Positions 30,903 to 40,905 of a DNA stretch of 64,000 nucleotides are shown piece by piece. Where the stretch lies: contig CAWDXE010000001.1 in NCBI GenBank assembly GCA_963806185.1, positions 896,001 through 960,000 on the forward strand, written 5' to 3'. Both the position numbers and the translations under genes were made by a program. The DNA is from an uncultured candidate division Zixibacteria bacterium (GTDB taxonomy: Bacteria; Zixibacteria; MSB-5A5; GN15; FEB-12). The notes beneath the pieces are model-generated. The model did no database searches. It worked only from the letters and a program-made list of their open reading frames with translations, and had not been told where the DNA came from. Position 1 is the first letter of the stretch. Each line of letters opens with the position of its first letter.

Positions 30903-31993
30903 ACATTTACATAACGATGCTGATTGGTTGCTGCATCCTGTTCTCTCGTAGCGCGACCGCAGGCGAAGAGATGCCGACACCACAGATTCCGTTTTCGCCT
31001 CAATTGTATGTCTGTTATCGCGCATTGGAGCCGATTGCCGTTGATGGACGCTTGACTGAATCGTCATGGCAGAAAGCAGAAGAGACGAACCCTTTTGTGG
31101 ATATACAAGGGGACCTGAAACCATCACCCCGGTTCGCCACACGCGCGAAGATGCTCTGGGACTCGACGTACTTTTATATTGGTGCCGAACTGGAGGAGCC
31201 GGATGTTTGGGGCACGTTGACGGAGCGCGATGCGGTCATTTATCACGACAACGATTTCGAGGTATTCATCGATCCCGACGGCGATACGCACGAGTATTAT
31301 GAACTTGAACTGAATGCGCTCAACACCGTGTGGGATCTCTTTCTGGTCAAACCGTATCGCGACGGCGGGCCGGCGGTGAATGCGTGGGATATACAGGGTT
31401 TGAAAACGGCGGTGGCGGTGCGCGGAACACTCAACACACCGGGCGACAGGGACTCGGGGTGGAGTGTGGAGATTGCCATACCATGGAAAGTGTTGGCCGA
31501 ATGCGCGCACCGGCCGTCGCCGCCAAACGACGGTGACCAGTGGCGGATCAATTTCTCGCGCGTCGAGTGGCAGACCGACGTTAATGACGGCAAGTACGTC
31601 AAGCGGCCGGGGCCGGAGGACAACTGGGTCTGGTCACCGCAGGGGCTGATTGCGATGCATTATCCTGAGATGTGGGGAATTGTTCAATTTTCAACGCTGG
31701 CGGCCGGCGCGGGAACGGCTGATTATGAATACGACCATCTGGACGGCGCACGCTGGGCGCTTCGCATTATTTACTATGCCGAACATGGTTTCTACAGGAG
31801 ACACAATACATTTTCCACTGATTATCAAGCGATCAGCAATATTGCGTGGTTGCCGAATCCACCGGCAGGTTTCTCCTGGCCACCAAGAATTGAAGCGACC
31901 GCCCACCAATTCCGAGCAGAAACTACTCGCTTAAGCGACAGCAGTGTCGTTTGGATCACTCAAGACGGCTGCTGCCGAGTGGAGCACAAATGA
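30899..31993 (+). CDS. Secreted CBM9-like (DOMON-fold) carbohydrate-binding protein
   Basis: Signal peptide; VDGRLTE..W, DNDFEVFIDP, WSVEIAIPW, WRINFSR, MHYPE; ATGA-coupled. Confidence 0.82.
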   Translation: MNIYITMLIGCCILFSRSATAGEEMPTPQIPFSPQLYVCYRALEPIAVDGRLTESSWQKAEETNPFVDIQGDLKPSPRFATRAKMLWDSTYFYIGAELEEPDVWGTLTERDAVIYHDNDFEVFIDPDGDTHEYYELELNALNTVWDLFLVKPYRDGGPAVNAWDIQGLKTAVAVRGTLNTPGDRDSGWSVEIAIPWKVLAECAHRPSPPNDGDQWRINFSRVEWQTDVNDGKYVKRPGPEDNWVWSPQGLIAMHYPEMWGIVQFSTLAAGAGTADYEYDHLDGARWALRIIYYAEHGFYRRHNTFSTDYQAISNIAWLPNPPAGFSWPPRIEATAHQFRAETTRLSDSSVVWITQDGCCRVEHK

Positions 31994-33928
31994 ATCTTAG
32001 TTTTCTTGACTGGACAATCGTCTTCGTATCGCTCGATCCTGATGATCCTCTCGGTGGAGGCCGGACGCAGGGTAATGCGGAGTGTGGCCGATTTTCTGGC
32101 GGCGGGACGGTCGGCCGGGCGGTACGTGCTCTGTGTCGCCAGTGGCGCCGCCGGAATCGGCGCGATCACCGTGGTCGGCAATCTGGAGATGAATCTGATC
32201 GCCGGTTTCTCCCTCACCTGGTGGGGAATGACCACGGCGCTGGTCGTGCTCATTATCACAGTGTCGGGCTGGGTCATCTATCGTTTCCGGGAGACGCGAT
32301 CGCTGACACTGGCGCAGTATTTCGAGGTCCGCTACAGCCGAGAGTTCCGCATTTTCACCGGCATCATCGCCTTTCTGTCGGGCATCGTGAATTTCGGCAT
32401 CTTCCCGGCGGTCGAGGCGAGATTTTTCATCTACTTCTGCGGCATACCGGAGAGCTTCTCGGTATTCGGGCTGAACGTCGCCACCTTCCCGGTCATGATG
32501 CTATTCCTGCTGGGCATATCGCTCTACTTCGTGCTTGGCGGCGGGCAGGTGTCGGTGATCTACGCCGATTTCTTCCAGGGGATACTGGTGTACGGCGTGT
32601 TCGTCATCCTGATCGTCTATTTCTTCTTCACCTTCGACTGGGGTCATATCGAGACAGACACTCATGCAGGCGCCGCAGAATGCGTCGCTGATAAATCCGT
32701 TCAAGACCAGCCAGGTGGAGGATTTCAATTTCTGGTATTTCCTGGTGGGTATTGTCGGCGTGATTTACGGCACGATGTCCTGGCAGGGGACGCAGGCGTA
32801 CAACTCGTCGGCCAAAAGCGCGCACGAGGCCAAGATGGCCAGCGTGCTGACCGCCTGGCGCAACCTGCCGATGAACATCATGTTCCTGTTCGTTCCGATT
32901 ATTGCCTACACGGTGCTCAACCATCCCGACTTCTCCGGCATCGCCAATTCAGTCGGCGGGCACGCTGTCGAGGATCGACGGGAAGGCGGTGCAAAGTCAA
33001 TTGAAAGTACCGCTGGTGCTGACCCATATTCTCCCACGCGGATTGATCGGCGCCTTTGCGGCGATGATGCTGGCCGCCAGTATCAGCACGCTCGACGCCT
33101 ACATGCATTCGTGGGGAAGTATCATCGTGCAGGATGTCATTATCCCAATTCGCAGGAAGCCGTTCGAGCCGAAGCAGCATCTTCGCGTGCTGCGCTGGGC
33201 GATTACTCTTCGTCGGCGTGTTCGCTTTCTTCTTCAGCCTGATCTTCAAGCAAAGCGAATACATCTTTCTGTTCTTCGCCATCACCGGCGCCATTTTTGC
33301 CGGCGGTTCCGGAGCGGTGATTATCGGCGGTCTGTACTGGAAACGTGGCACCACGGCGGCGGCGTGGGCGGCGATGATCACCGGCTCGGGGATTGCCGTC
33401 GCGGGGATCATCATTCATCAGATCATTCCGGATTTCTTTATCAACGGTCAGTGGTTCTGGGGAATCAGCATGGCTGGGGCAACGATTGTGTACTGTTGTT
33501 CTCGCTGTTTGGCAAACGCGAGGACTTTGATCTCGATAAGCTGTTGCACCGGGGGAAGTATGCGATTGCCGGCGAGACGAGTGTGGTCGAAGCTGCACCC
33601 TCGAAAGGCTGGAAGATGCTCGGCATGGGCAAGGAGTTTACGCGCGGCGACAAGATCATTTACATCTGCAACTACGTCTGGACCGGCGCCTGGTTGCTCA
33701 TATTTGCGGTCGGCACGATTTACAATCTGACGCACGACGTCGACGATCTCGCCTGGTCACAGTTTCTGGCGAATCTATCTTGCGATTCACATTGTTCTAT
33801 CGGCTGTAATCATCATCTGGTTTGTCATTGGTGGTTTCCGCGATCTTCGCCGCATGAATCACAGCCTGAGTACCGCCACACGCGATCACCGGGACGATGG
33901 CTTTGTCACTCAGAAAGATCATTCGTGA
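31990..33928 (+). pseudogene. Sodium:solute symporter (SSS) split by about 6 frameshifts (pseudogene or assembly error)
   Basis: LDW, DFLAAGR, TLAQYFEVRY, DFFQG, GLIGAFAAMMLAASIST, GGLYWKRGT pieced together across frames. Shifts near 32035, 32655, 32958, 33207, 33495, 33765. Confidence 0.85.
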
Positions 33929-36900
33929 ATCAGAAAGAAATCGCACTGAATATTCGGCGAATCGAGCAGTTCTATAATCGAATGTTGCCGCTGATTCTGG
34001 CGGAGACCGCGCCGCTCGAAGCGGTGTACGCCTGCACGGCCGAACCTGTTCCGTTTGCGGAGCGGCTAAAACTTGAGTACAAACCGATTCGACCCGGTGA
34101 GGTGTGGGGACATTTCTGGGAGAGCGGCTGGTTCCGATTGAATGGCACCGTGCCGAGTTCCTGGCGCGGCAAGCCGCTCGTGGCGCATCTCGATCTCGGC
34201 GGCGAGGCGTTGGTGTTTCGTCCCGACGGATTCATCATGCAAGGGGTCACCAACGGGTCAGTATTCGATACCGAATTTGGGCGCGACATTGTGCGGCTTT
34301 CTGATTCGTGCGCCGGTGGGGAGAAGATAGAACTCTGGGTCGAAGGGGCAGCCAATGCGCTGTTCGGGATGTTCTGCGATCTCGATCCCGGCCCGCAATC
34401 GACCAATCGGTACGGCTACTATGACGCCAAGGCCAATTCGCTCAAGCTGGCGGTGTTTGACACCGAAATGTGGCAGCTGACTCTTGACCTCAAAGTTCTT
34501 ATCGGCCTGATCAAGACCTTGCCGGAAGCAAGTGTGCGCCGGGCGAGAATCATTCGAGCTGCATGCGAGGCGATCAATGCGTACGCCAAGAGCAATGGTG
34601 ATGCGGCCGCCTGCCGGGCATTGCTCAAGAAGGAACTGACGAAGCCGGCGGAGGCATCATCACTCTCGGTATTGGCAGTCGGCCATGCACATATCGATAC
34701 CGCCTGGCTGTGGCCGGTCCGGGAGTCGATTCGCAAGTGCGCCCGAACCTTCTCCACCCAGCTCGATTTGATTGACCGGTATCCTGATTACGTCTTCGGC
34801 GCGTCGCAGGCTCAGCATTATGCCTTCGTGAAGCAATATTATCCCGGTTTGTATGATCGGATCAAGGCTGCCGTCAAGGCCGGACGATGGGAGATACAGG
34901 GAGGCATGTGGGTGGAGGCGGACTGCAATGTTACCAGCGGCGAGTCGCTGGTGCGGCAGATTCTCCACGGCAAGAACTTCTTTCGCGATGAATTTGGCGT
35001 TGATGTGGACAATCTCTGGCTGCCTGATGTCTTCGGGTACTCGGCCGCGCTGCCGCAGATACTGCAAAAGAGCGGCATACGGTATTTTCTGACCCAGAAG
35101 TTATCCTGGAGCCAGTTCAATGACTTTCCTCATCATACATTTCATTGGGAGGGGATTGACGGTACGCGCGTGTTGACGCATTTCCCTCCGGAAGACACCT
35201 ACAACAGTCAGTTGTGGCCGGAATCGCTAGTGCCGGCGCAGGCACGCTTTCATGAACGAGACTACATCGACGAATTTATTTCCTTATTTGGCGTTGGCGA
35301 CGGCGGCGGCGGACCCAAGGCTGAACATATCGAAATCGGACGCCGTCAGGCGAATCTCGAGGGTGCGCCGCGCGTTAGATTCGGCACGGCGAAGGAATTC
35401 TTCCACAATCTCGACCAACACAAAGACAAACTGCCCACATGGGTAGGCGAATTATATTTGGAGCTTCATCGCGGTACGCTCACTACGCAGGCGTTTGTGA
35501 AGTGGGCCAATCGCCGATTCGAACAGAAGCTGAGAGTAGTTGAAATGCTCTGGTCATGCTTGCCGTACGACAAGTACCCTCAGAGTGAAATTGACAGCGT
35601 ATGGAAACTTCTTCTGTTGAATCAATTCCACGACATCATTCCGGGGTCGAGTATTTCTCAGGTCTACCGACTGGCGCGAACTCAATACCTGGCGGAGCTG
35701 AAGAAGTGTGATGAGCTCGTTCTGCGGGCGGCGGGGCAGATGTTCAAACGCGAAGCTGACGCCGTGACACTTTTCAATCCACATCATCACCCATATGTTG
35801 AACCAGTCCGCCTGCCGGACGCCTGGCAAGGAAGTTCTGTGATCGGCCAAGCAGGCAGGCCTCTCCCCTGCCAGAACGAATCAGGGCAGGTCGTGGCTCT
35901 GGTCGATATCCCCCCATACTCCTTTGTCACTCTGCGCAAGGGGGCCCCAGTGGCGACGCCACACGAGCAGCCATCGCTGGTGCTCGAAAACGACCGGGTC
36001 AGATATGAATTCAGTGATCAGGGAACGTTATTGTGCTGCTTCGATAAGGATGCGCAGATTGAAATCGTCGCGCCCGATAAACCGGGAAATCTCCTAACGC
36101 TTTATGATGATCATCCGAATGACTGGGATGCCTGGGATGTCGATGCCTTCTATCGGGAAACACCGATTGAGAACGCGCGGATCACATCAGTTGAATACTT
36201 GTCAGCCGGAGAGGTGCGTCAGGGGGTCAAGTTCAGTTTTGCGATCGGTCAATCGACGATCGAGCAGCGGGTATACCTGGGGGCAAAATCGAAGCGCCTC
36301 GACTTCGAGACGACAGTTGACTGGCGGGAGAAACATCGCATGCTGCGCGTGGCGTTTCCCGTGACGGTGCGCGCCGAACAGGCAACGTTTGATATTCAAT
36401 ACGGTTACCTGAAGCGAGCCACACACGAAAACACGTCGTGGGAGAAAGCCAAATTCGAGGTACCGGCCCATCGGTACGCCGATCTTTCGATCGCCGATCA
36501 TGGGGTCGCCTTGCTGAACGACAGCAAGTACGGGTACAAAGTCGAAAACGGCTTGCTTGATCTGAATCTTCTCCGTTCACCCAATTACCCCGACCCTGAC
36601 GCCGATCAAGGTGAGCATCACTTTGTCTACAGCCTGCTGCCGCACACCGGCGACCTGATCCATTCCGATGTGATGGCGGAGGCGGCCAAGGTGAACCAGC
36701 CGGTCGTGATCGTTGACGGGTATGCGGCAGAATCAAACACGACGCCGGTACGCCTGACGGGGCACGGACTCTCGATGGAAGTTCTCAAAAAGGCGGAGAG
36801 AGAATCGTGTTGGATCGTGCGCGTGGTCGAGACGCTGGGCTGTACCTCCCACGGTACGATCGATATCGCCATCAATGGCGCAACGCTTCAGGAGACCGAT

Positions 36901-37011
36901 CTCATGGAATGGACCGACGGAACGACGACGCCAGTCACCGGTCCGATGGCGCTGGTCCTAAGACCGTTCGAGATTCGCACTTACAGGATACGGACAGGAG
37001 TAGCCAAGTGA
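33925..37011 (+). CDS. GH38 alpha-mannosidase (class 2C-like), cytoplasmic
   Basis: HAHIDTAWLW, WLPDVFGYS, GDGGGGP, GELYLELHRG, QFHDIIPG; GTG start overlapping the SSS stop. Confidence 0.95.
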   Translation: MNQKEIALNIRRIEQFYNRMLPLILAETAPLEAVYACTAEPVPFAERLKLEYKPIRPGEVWGHFWESGWFRLNGTVPSSWRGKPLVAHLDLGGEALVFRPDGFIMQGVTNGSVFDTEFGRDIVRLSDSCAGGEKIELWVEGAANALFGMFCDLDPGPQSTNRYGYYDAKANSLKLAVFDTEMWQLTLDLKVLIGLIKTLPEASVRRARIIRAACEAINAYAKSNGDAAACRALLKKELTKPAEASSLSVLAVGHAHIDTAWLWPVRESIRKCARTFSTQLDLIDRYPDYVFGASQAQHYAFVKQYYPGLYDRIKAAVKAGRWEIQGGMWVEADCNVTSGESLVRQILHGKNFFRDEFGVDVDNLWLPDVFGYSAALPQILQKSGIRYFLTQKLSWSQFNDFPHHTFHWEGIDGTRVLTHFPPEDTYNSQLWPESLVPAQARFHERDYIDEFISLFGVGDGGGGPKAEHIEIGRRQANLEGAPRVRFGTAKEFFHNLDQHKDKLPTWVGELYLELHRGTLTTQAFVKWANRRFEQKLRVVEMLWSCLPYDKYPQSEIDSVWKLLLLNQFHDIIPGSSISQVYRLARTQYLAELKKCDELVLRAAGQMFKREADAVTLFNPHHHPYVEPVRLPDAWQGSSVIGQAGRPLPCQNESGQVVALVDIPPYSFVTLRKGAPVATPHEQPSLVLENDRVRYEFSDQGTLLCCFDKDAQIEIVAPDKPGNLLTLYDDHPNDWDAWDVDAFYRETPIENARITSVEYLSAGEVRQGVKFSFAIGQSTIEQRVYLGAKSKRLDFETTVDWREKHRMLRVAFPVTVRAEQATFDIQYGYLKRATHENTSWEKAKFEVPAHRYADLSIADHGVALLNDSKYGYKVENGLLDLNLLRSPNYPDPDADQGEHHFVYSLLPHTGDLIHSDVMAEAAKVNQPVVIVDGYAAESNTTPVRLTGHGLSMEVLKKAERESCWIVRVVETLGCTSHGTIDIAINGATLQETDLMEWTDGTTTPVTGPMALVLRPFEIRTYRIRTGVAK

Positions 37012-38024
37012 CACGGATCGGCCTGCTCTTTTGGCTTTCGGTAGCTGTGATTGTCAATTGCTGCTTTGCCTACTCAGCAGCGGGGCAGGCGTCAGGCCGG
37101 CTGACGCAGACAGTGATCGTCTTCGACTCCAATATGATTCACTTTGCCCCTGAAGACTCCACCCGGTACGACACCGATACAGTGAAGTCGTCGGATCGAG
37201 GGCGAGTCATCAACCGGACGGTGACACTTCCCCACTTTGCGACGCCGGTACGGGTCGCCGGGCACTTGATCATCAGGCCGACCCCAAAAGACGAGTTGGA
37301 GATGTACGACCGGTGGGACCGGGCCGGCAATGTGCGTCTGGCGGTAGAAGGCGGTCCCGATCTGGAACTCATCAAGTTCATGACCGCGTACGGCGGACGG
37401 ACTGAATACGATGTGGATCTCTCACCTCTTGCTGCGCTTTTGCAGGGTGAATGCAACATCAGGGCGTTTATTGACACGTGGGTGACGCCGGCCTGGACGA
37501 TTGATTTCTCACTGACGTATGCAAGTGATTCGACCGCGAACAATGCCGATTGGGTAACGAGTGTGCTGTTTGAAGAATCGTACACGCGTGAGTCGCCGGG
37601 GGACTTGGGAAAGGAAGTTCCAGTCGAGGTACCGGCTGAACTTCGGCGAGTTGTGCTTCGCTATTATGTCAGCGGGCATTGCACTGACGGTACGGGGGCG
37701 GATGAATTCGAGCGGAAAGATAATGTCATCTCCGTCGACGGCGTGGTGGTGTATCGGTTTCAACCATGGCGTGACGACTGCAGGCAGTTTCGGGCAATCA
37801 ATCCGTATTGTCGTCGCTGGACCGACGGCTCCTGGTCGTGTGACTACAGTCGAAGCGGCTGGTGTCCCGGGGACCTGGTCAAGCCGGTGGAGCTTGATTT
37901 GACTGACCATCTGACACCGGGCCGGCACACGATTCACTTGGTAGTTGAGAACGTCCGCCCAACGGATGACAAGGGGAATTTCGGGTACTGGCGTAATTCA
38001 ATCCAGCTACTGGGATACAAATAG
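37008..38024 (+). CDS. Secreted peptide-N-glycosidase F-like amidase
   Basis: Signal peptide; YDRWDRAG, ELIKFMTAYG, GADEF, SRSGWCPG match PNGase F active-site segments. Confidence 0.82.
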   Translation: MTRIGLLFWLSVAVIVNCCFAYSAAGQASGRLTQTVIVFDSNMIHFAPEDSTRYDTDTVKSSDRGRVINRTVTLPHFATPVRVAGHLIIRPTPKDELEMYDRWDRAGNVRLAVEGGPDLELIKFMTAYGGRTEYDVDLSPLAALLQGECNIRAFIDTWVTPAWTIDFSLTYASDSTANNADWVTSVLFEESYTRESPGDLGKEVPVEVPAELRRVVLRYYVSGHCTDGTGADEFERKDNVISVDGVVVYRFQPWRDDCRQFRAINPYCRRWTDGSWSCDYSRSGWCPGDLVKPVELDLTDHLTPGRHTIHLVVENVRPTDDKGNFGYWRNSIQLLGYK

Positions 38025-38030
38025 AAGCCA

Positions 38031-39536
38031 ATGAACTACAGCATTGCTCTCATACCGCAACCGGTGGAGTTGCGTACCACCGACCAGAAGTTGCAGCTGG
38101 CCGACCGGGCGCCGCTTTATGTTATGGGCGGCCCTCATGCAGATGACATGGCTGAGTACTTGTGCGACGAATTGGCGCACTATGGCCTGAGCTTGCTGCC
38201 GCGAGAAGATTCGATCGATGGACCAGGCGTGTCGATATCGCTCGTCGATGAGGAATCGCTGGTCGAGAACGGCGCCTATCGCCTCTGGGTCGGCGAGGAG
38301 GGTGCGACCATTGTGGCGGGGACAGCGGCCGGAATATTCTACGGGATACAGACATTTCTCCAGTTGCTACCGGTCTCCGGAAGCCACTCTGGCACTGCCA
38401 CTATTCCAGGCGTTGAGATTGTCGATTTTCCGCGGTATCGCTGGCGCGGCATGCATCTTGATGTCAGCAGACATTTCTTCCCCGTCGCCTTCGTGAAACG
38501 ATACATCGATCTCCTCGCCCGTCACAAGATGAACGTGTTTCACTGGCACCTTACTGACGATCAGGGGTGGCGGATCGAGATCGAGAAATATCCCCGACTC
38601 ACTTCCGTCGGAGCCTGGCGCAAGGAAGCGGACGGTACGATATGCGGTGGTTTCTACACGCAGGAAGAGGTACGCGACGTGGTGGCGTACGCCGCACGTC
38701 GAGCCGTAATGATTGTACCTGAAATTGAGATGCCCGGCCACGCGCGAGCGGCGCTGGCGGCCTATCCGGAATTCTCCTGCACCGGCGGCCCACATCACGT
38801 GGCAACTGAGTGGGGGGTGTTTGATGACGTGTTTTGTGCCGGGAATGAACGCACCTATCTCTTTCTTCGAGATATTCTCTCCGAAGTGGCGGCATTGTTT
38901 CCCGGGCCGTACATACATATCGGCGGTGACGAATGCCCGCACGTCCGATGGCAGGGACACAGCCTATGCGCTGAATTTGCGAGTATCCTCAGGCTGGCCA
39001 GTGTGGACGAATTGCAGAGCACATTCATCGCACGCCTCGCTCGGGACCTACTGCATCTGAACAAGCAACTGATCGGCTGGGACGAGATTCTCGATGGTGG
39101 TGCGCCGGAGGGTGCTACCGTGATGGCATGGCGGGGTGCAGAAAAAGGGGTGGTTGCCGCGGCGCTGGGGCACGACGTTGTCATGACACCGATGTCACAC
39201 TGTTATTTCGATCATTATCAGGGAAAAGAGAATGAGCCGAAGGCGATCGGCGGCTTTACTCCGCTGGAGAAGGTGTATGCCTTTGAGCCAATGCCGAAGG
39301 GACTGGTCCCGGAACTGCAGCCTCGCATACTCGGCGCTCAGGGAAATGTCTGGACGGAGTATATGAACGATGAGCTTCATGTCGAGTACATGGTCTTTCC
39401 CCGCCTCTGCGCGCTCGCGGAAGTGCTGTGGTCGCCGGAAGACGGGCGAGTATACGAGCAATTCCATCGGCGCCTGGGAGTACATCTAAAGCGACTGGAT
39501 CGGCTGGGTGTGCATTACCGGCCGTTGGATCACTGA
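38031..39536 (+). CDS. GH20 beta-N-acetylhexosaminidase, no signal peptide
   Basis: WRGMHLDVSRH, HWHLTDDQGWR, PEIEMPGH, HIGGDE, WTEY. Confidence 0.95.
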   Translation: MNYSIALIPQPVELRTTDQKLQLADRAPLYVMGGPHADDMAEYLCDELAHYGLSLLPREDSIDGPGVSISLVDEESLVENGAYRLWVGEEGATIVAGTAAGIFYGIQTFLQLLPVSGSHSGTATIPGVEIVDFPRYRWRGMHLDVSRHFFPVAFVKRYIDLLARHKMNVFHWHLTDDQGWRIEIEKYPRLTSVGAWRKEADGTICGGFYTQEEVRDVVAYAARRAVMIVPEIEMPGHARAALAAYPEFSCTGGPHHVATEWGVFDDVFCAGNERTYLFLRDILSEVAALFPGPYIHIGGDECPHVRWQGHSLCAEFASILRLASVDELQSTFIARLARDLLHLNKQLIGWDEILDGGAPEGATVMAWRGAEKGVVAAALGHDVVMTPMSHCYFDHYQGKENEPKAIGGFTPLEKVYAFEPMPKGLVPELQPRILGAQGNVWTEYMNDELHVEYMVFPRLCALAEVLWSPEDGRVYEQFHRRLGVHLKRLDRLGVHYRPLDH

Positions 39537-39599
39537 TTGCCGAACCGGCACAATTGCCCTATCTTCCACTATCAGCCGCCAGAAAGAGAGATTGCCTTT

Positions 39600-40850
39600 A
39601 TGCTGCTAGATTTCAGCAAAGCCTTGGCATGCGCGTTTTTGGTGATGGCCATTGGAGTGCCCTCGCCGTCTCATGCCGAGTCAGATGTTGCGAACAGTCA
39701 CGAGGAAGATTTCATCGATGCACCATCCGTGGTGTGGAAATTTGCGGCCGGTGCGCCCATTTTTTCCTCCCCGGTAATCAGTGATTCGCTCGTGTTTTTT
39801 GGCACGCTCAACGGCAATCTTCATGCCATCGAAATACGGACCGGCAGATTGACCTGGACCTATGCGACCAAAGGAGAGATTCGGTCAACGGTCTGTCTGA
39901 GCGGCGATACGCTCTATCTGATAAGTGGTGATGGGATGCTGCATGCAATTGACAGAAATTCCGGAAATTCGCTATGGCATTTTGCCACCAAAGGCGAAAA
40001 GAAGCAGGATTTTGCGGATTACTACCAATCATCGCCGGTGGTATTTGATGGTATCGTGTATTTCGGGTCGGGCGACGGCGGCGTATACGCCGTTAGAGCT
40101 TCTGATGGCAGCGAGGTCTGGCACTTTGCAACCGAGGGTGTAGTTCATGCGACACCTGCGGTGGTTAGCGATCGGGTGTTCGTGGGATCATTCGACGGGT
40201 ACTTCTATTCGCTGGACCGGACCACGGGAGAATTGATCTGGAAATTCAAGTCCGTTGGCCATCGCTACTTTCCCAGGGGAGCGTTTTCCGGTGCACCGGT
40301 AGTCGCCGACGGAGTAGTGATTGTCGGCGCTCGAGATTATAACCTCTATGCGCTTGATCGGGACTCCGGACATTGCCTTTGGAACAAGGCCTATTCTCGC
40401 GGCTGGGCGTTACCGAATACGGTCAGAGACAGCATTCTCTACACTGGCACGTCGGATGACCGGATACTGGTCGCATCGGACCTGGCCACGGGTCGCGAAT
40501 ACTGGCGCACAAATCTTGGTTTCAATATCTTCGGCGGTATGGCGATGAGCCGGTCGATGGGTTACGTGGGTACGCTCATGGGAAAGTTGCACGCGGTAGA
40601 CCTGAACACGGGCAGGATCGTCTGGACAGTGGCCATGGACGGGTATCAGAAGAATCATCTCAAGTATTTCAAGCCGGACGATTCATTTCGGGATGACATA
40701 TTCGAGATCGTCAAGTCGGATGAGGCGTTTATCGACGTCGAATACGATCTCGGAGCGATCTACTCGACACCGCTCATAACCGGAGACCTACTCATCGTGA
40801 CAAGCACTGACGGCAATGTGTACTGCTATCGCCGGCAGCAATCAGAATGA
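39600..40850 (+). CDS. Secreted PQQ-like (BamB-type) beta-propeller protein
   Basis: Repeated SSPV..DG.VY.GS.DG..YA....G...W.F units. Confidence 0.85.
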   Translation: MLLDFSKALACAFLVMAIGVPSPSHAESDVANSHEEDFIDAPSVVWKFAAGAPIFSSPVISDSLVFFGTLNGNLHAIEIRTGRLTWTYATKGEIRSTVCLSGDTLYLISGDGMLHAIDRNSGNSLWHFATKGEKKQDFADYYQSSPVVFDGIVYFGSGDGGVYAVRASDGSEVWHFATEGVVHATPAVVSDRVFVGSFDGYFYSLDRTTGELIWKFKSVGHRYFPRGAFSGAPVVADGVVIVGARDYNLYALDRDSGHCLWNKAYSRGWALPNTVRDSILYTGTSDDRILVASDLATGREYWRTNLGFNIFGGMAMSRSMGYVGTLMGKLHAVDLNTGRIVWTVAMDGYQKNHLKYFKPDDSFRDDIFEIVKSDEAFIDVEYDLGAIYSTPLITGDLLIVTSTDGNVYCYRRQQSE

Positions 40851-40905
40851 GGGGATCGTTCGACACCTTGGGATACCGGATCTGAGGCAGGATCGGCGAC
40901 CGATT

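Noticed and set aside
32902..37011. 1369-aa SSS-GH38 fusion ORF
   Set aside because: Artefact of the SSS frameshifts. The SSS ends at TGA 33928 and GH38 starts at the overlapping GTG 33925.
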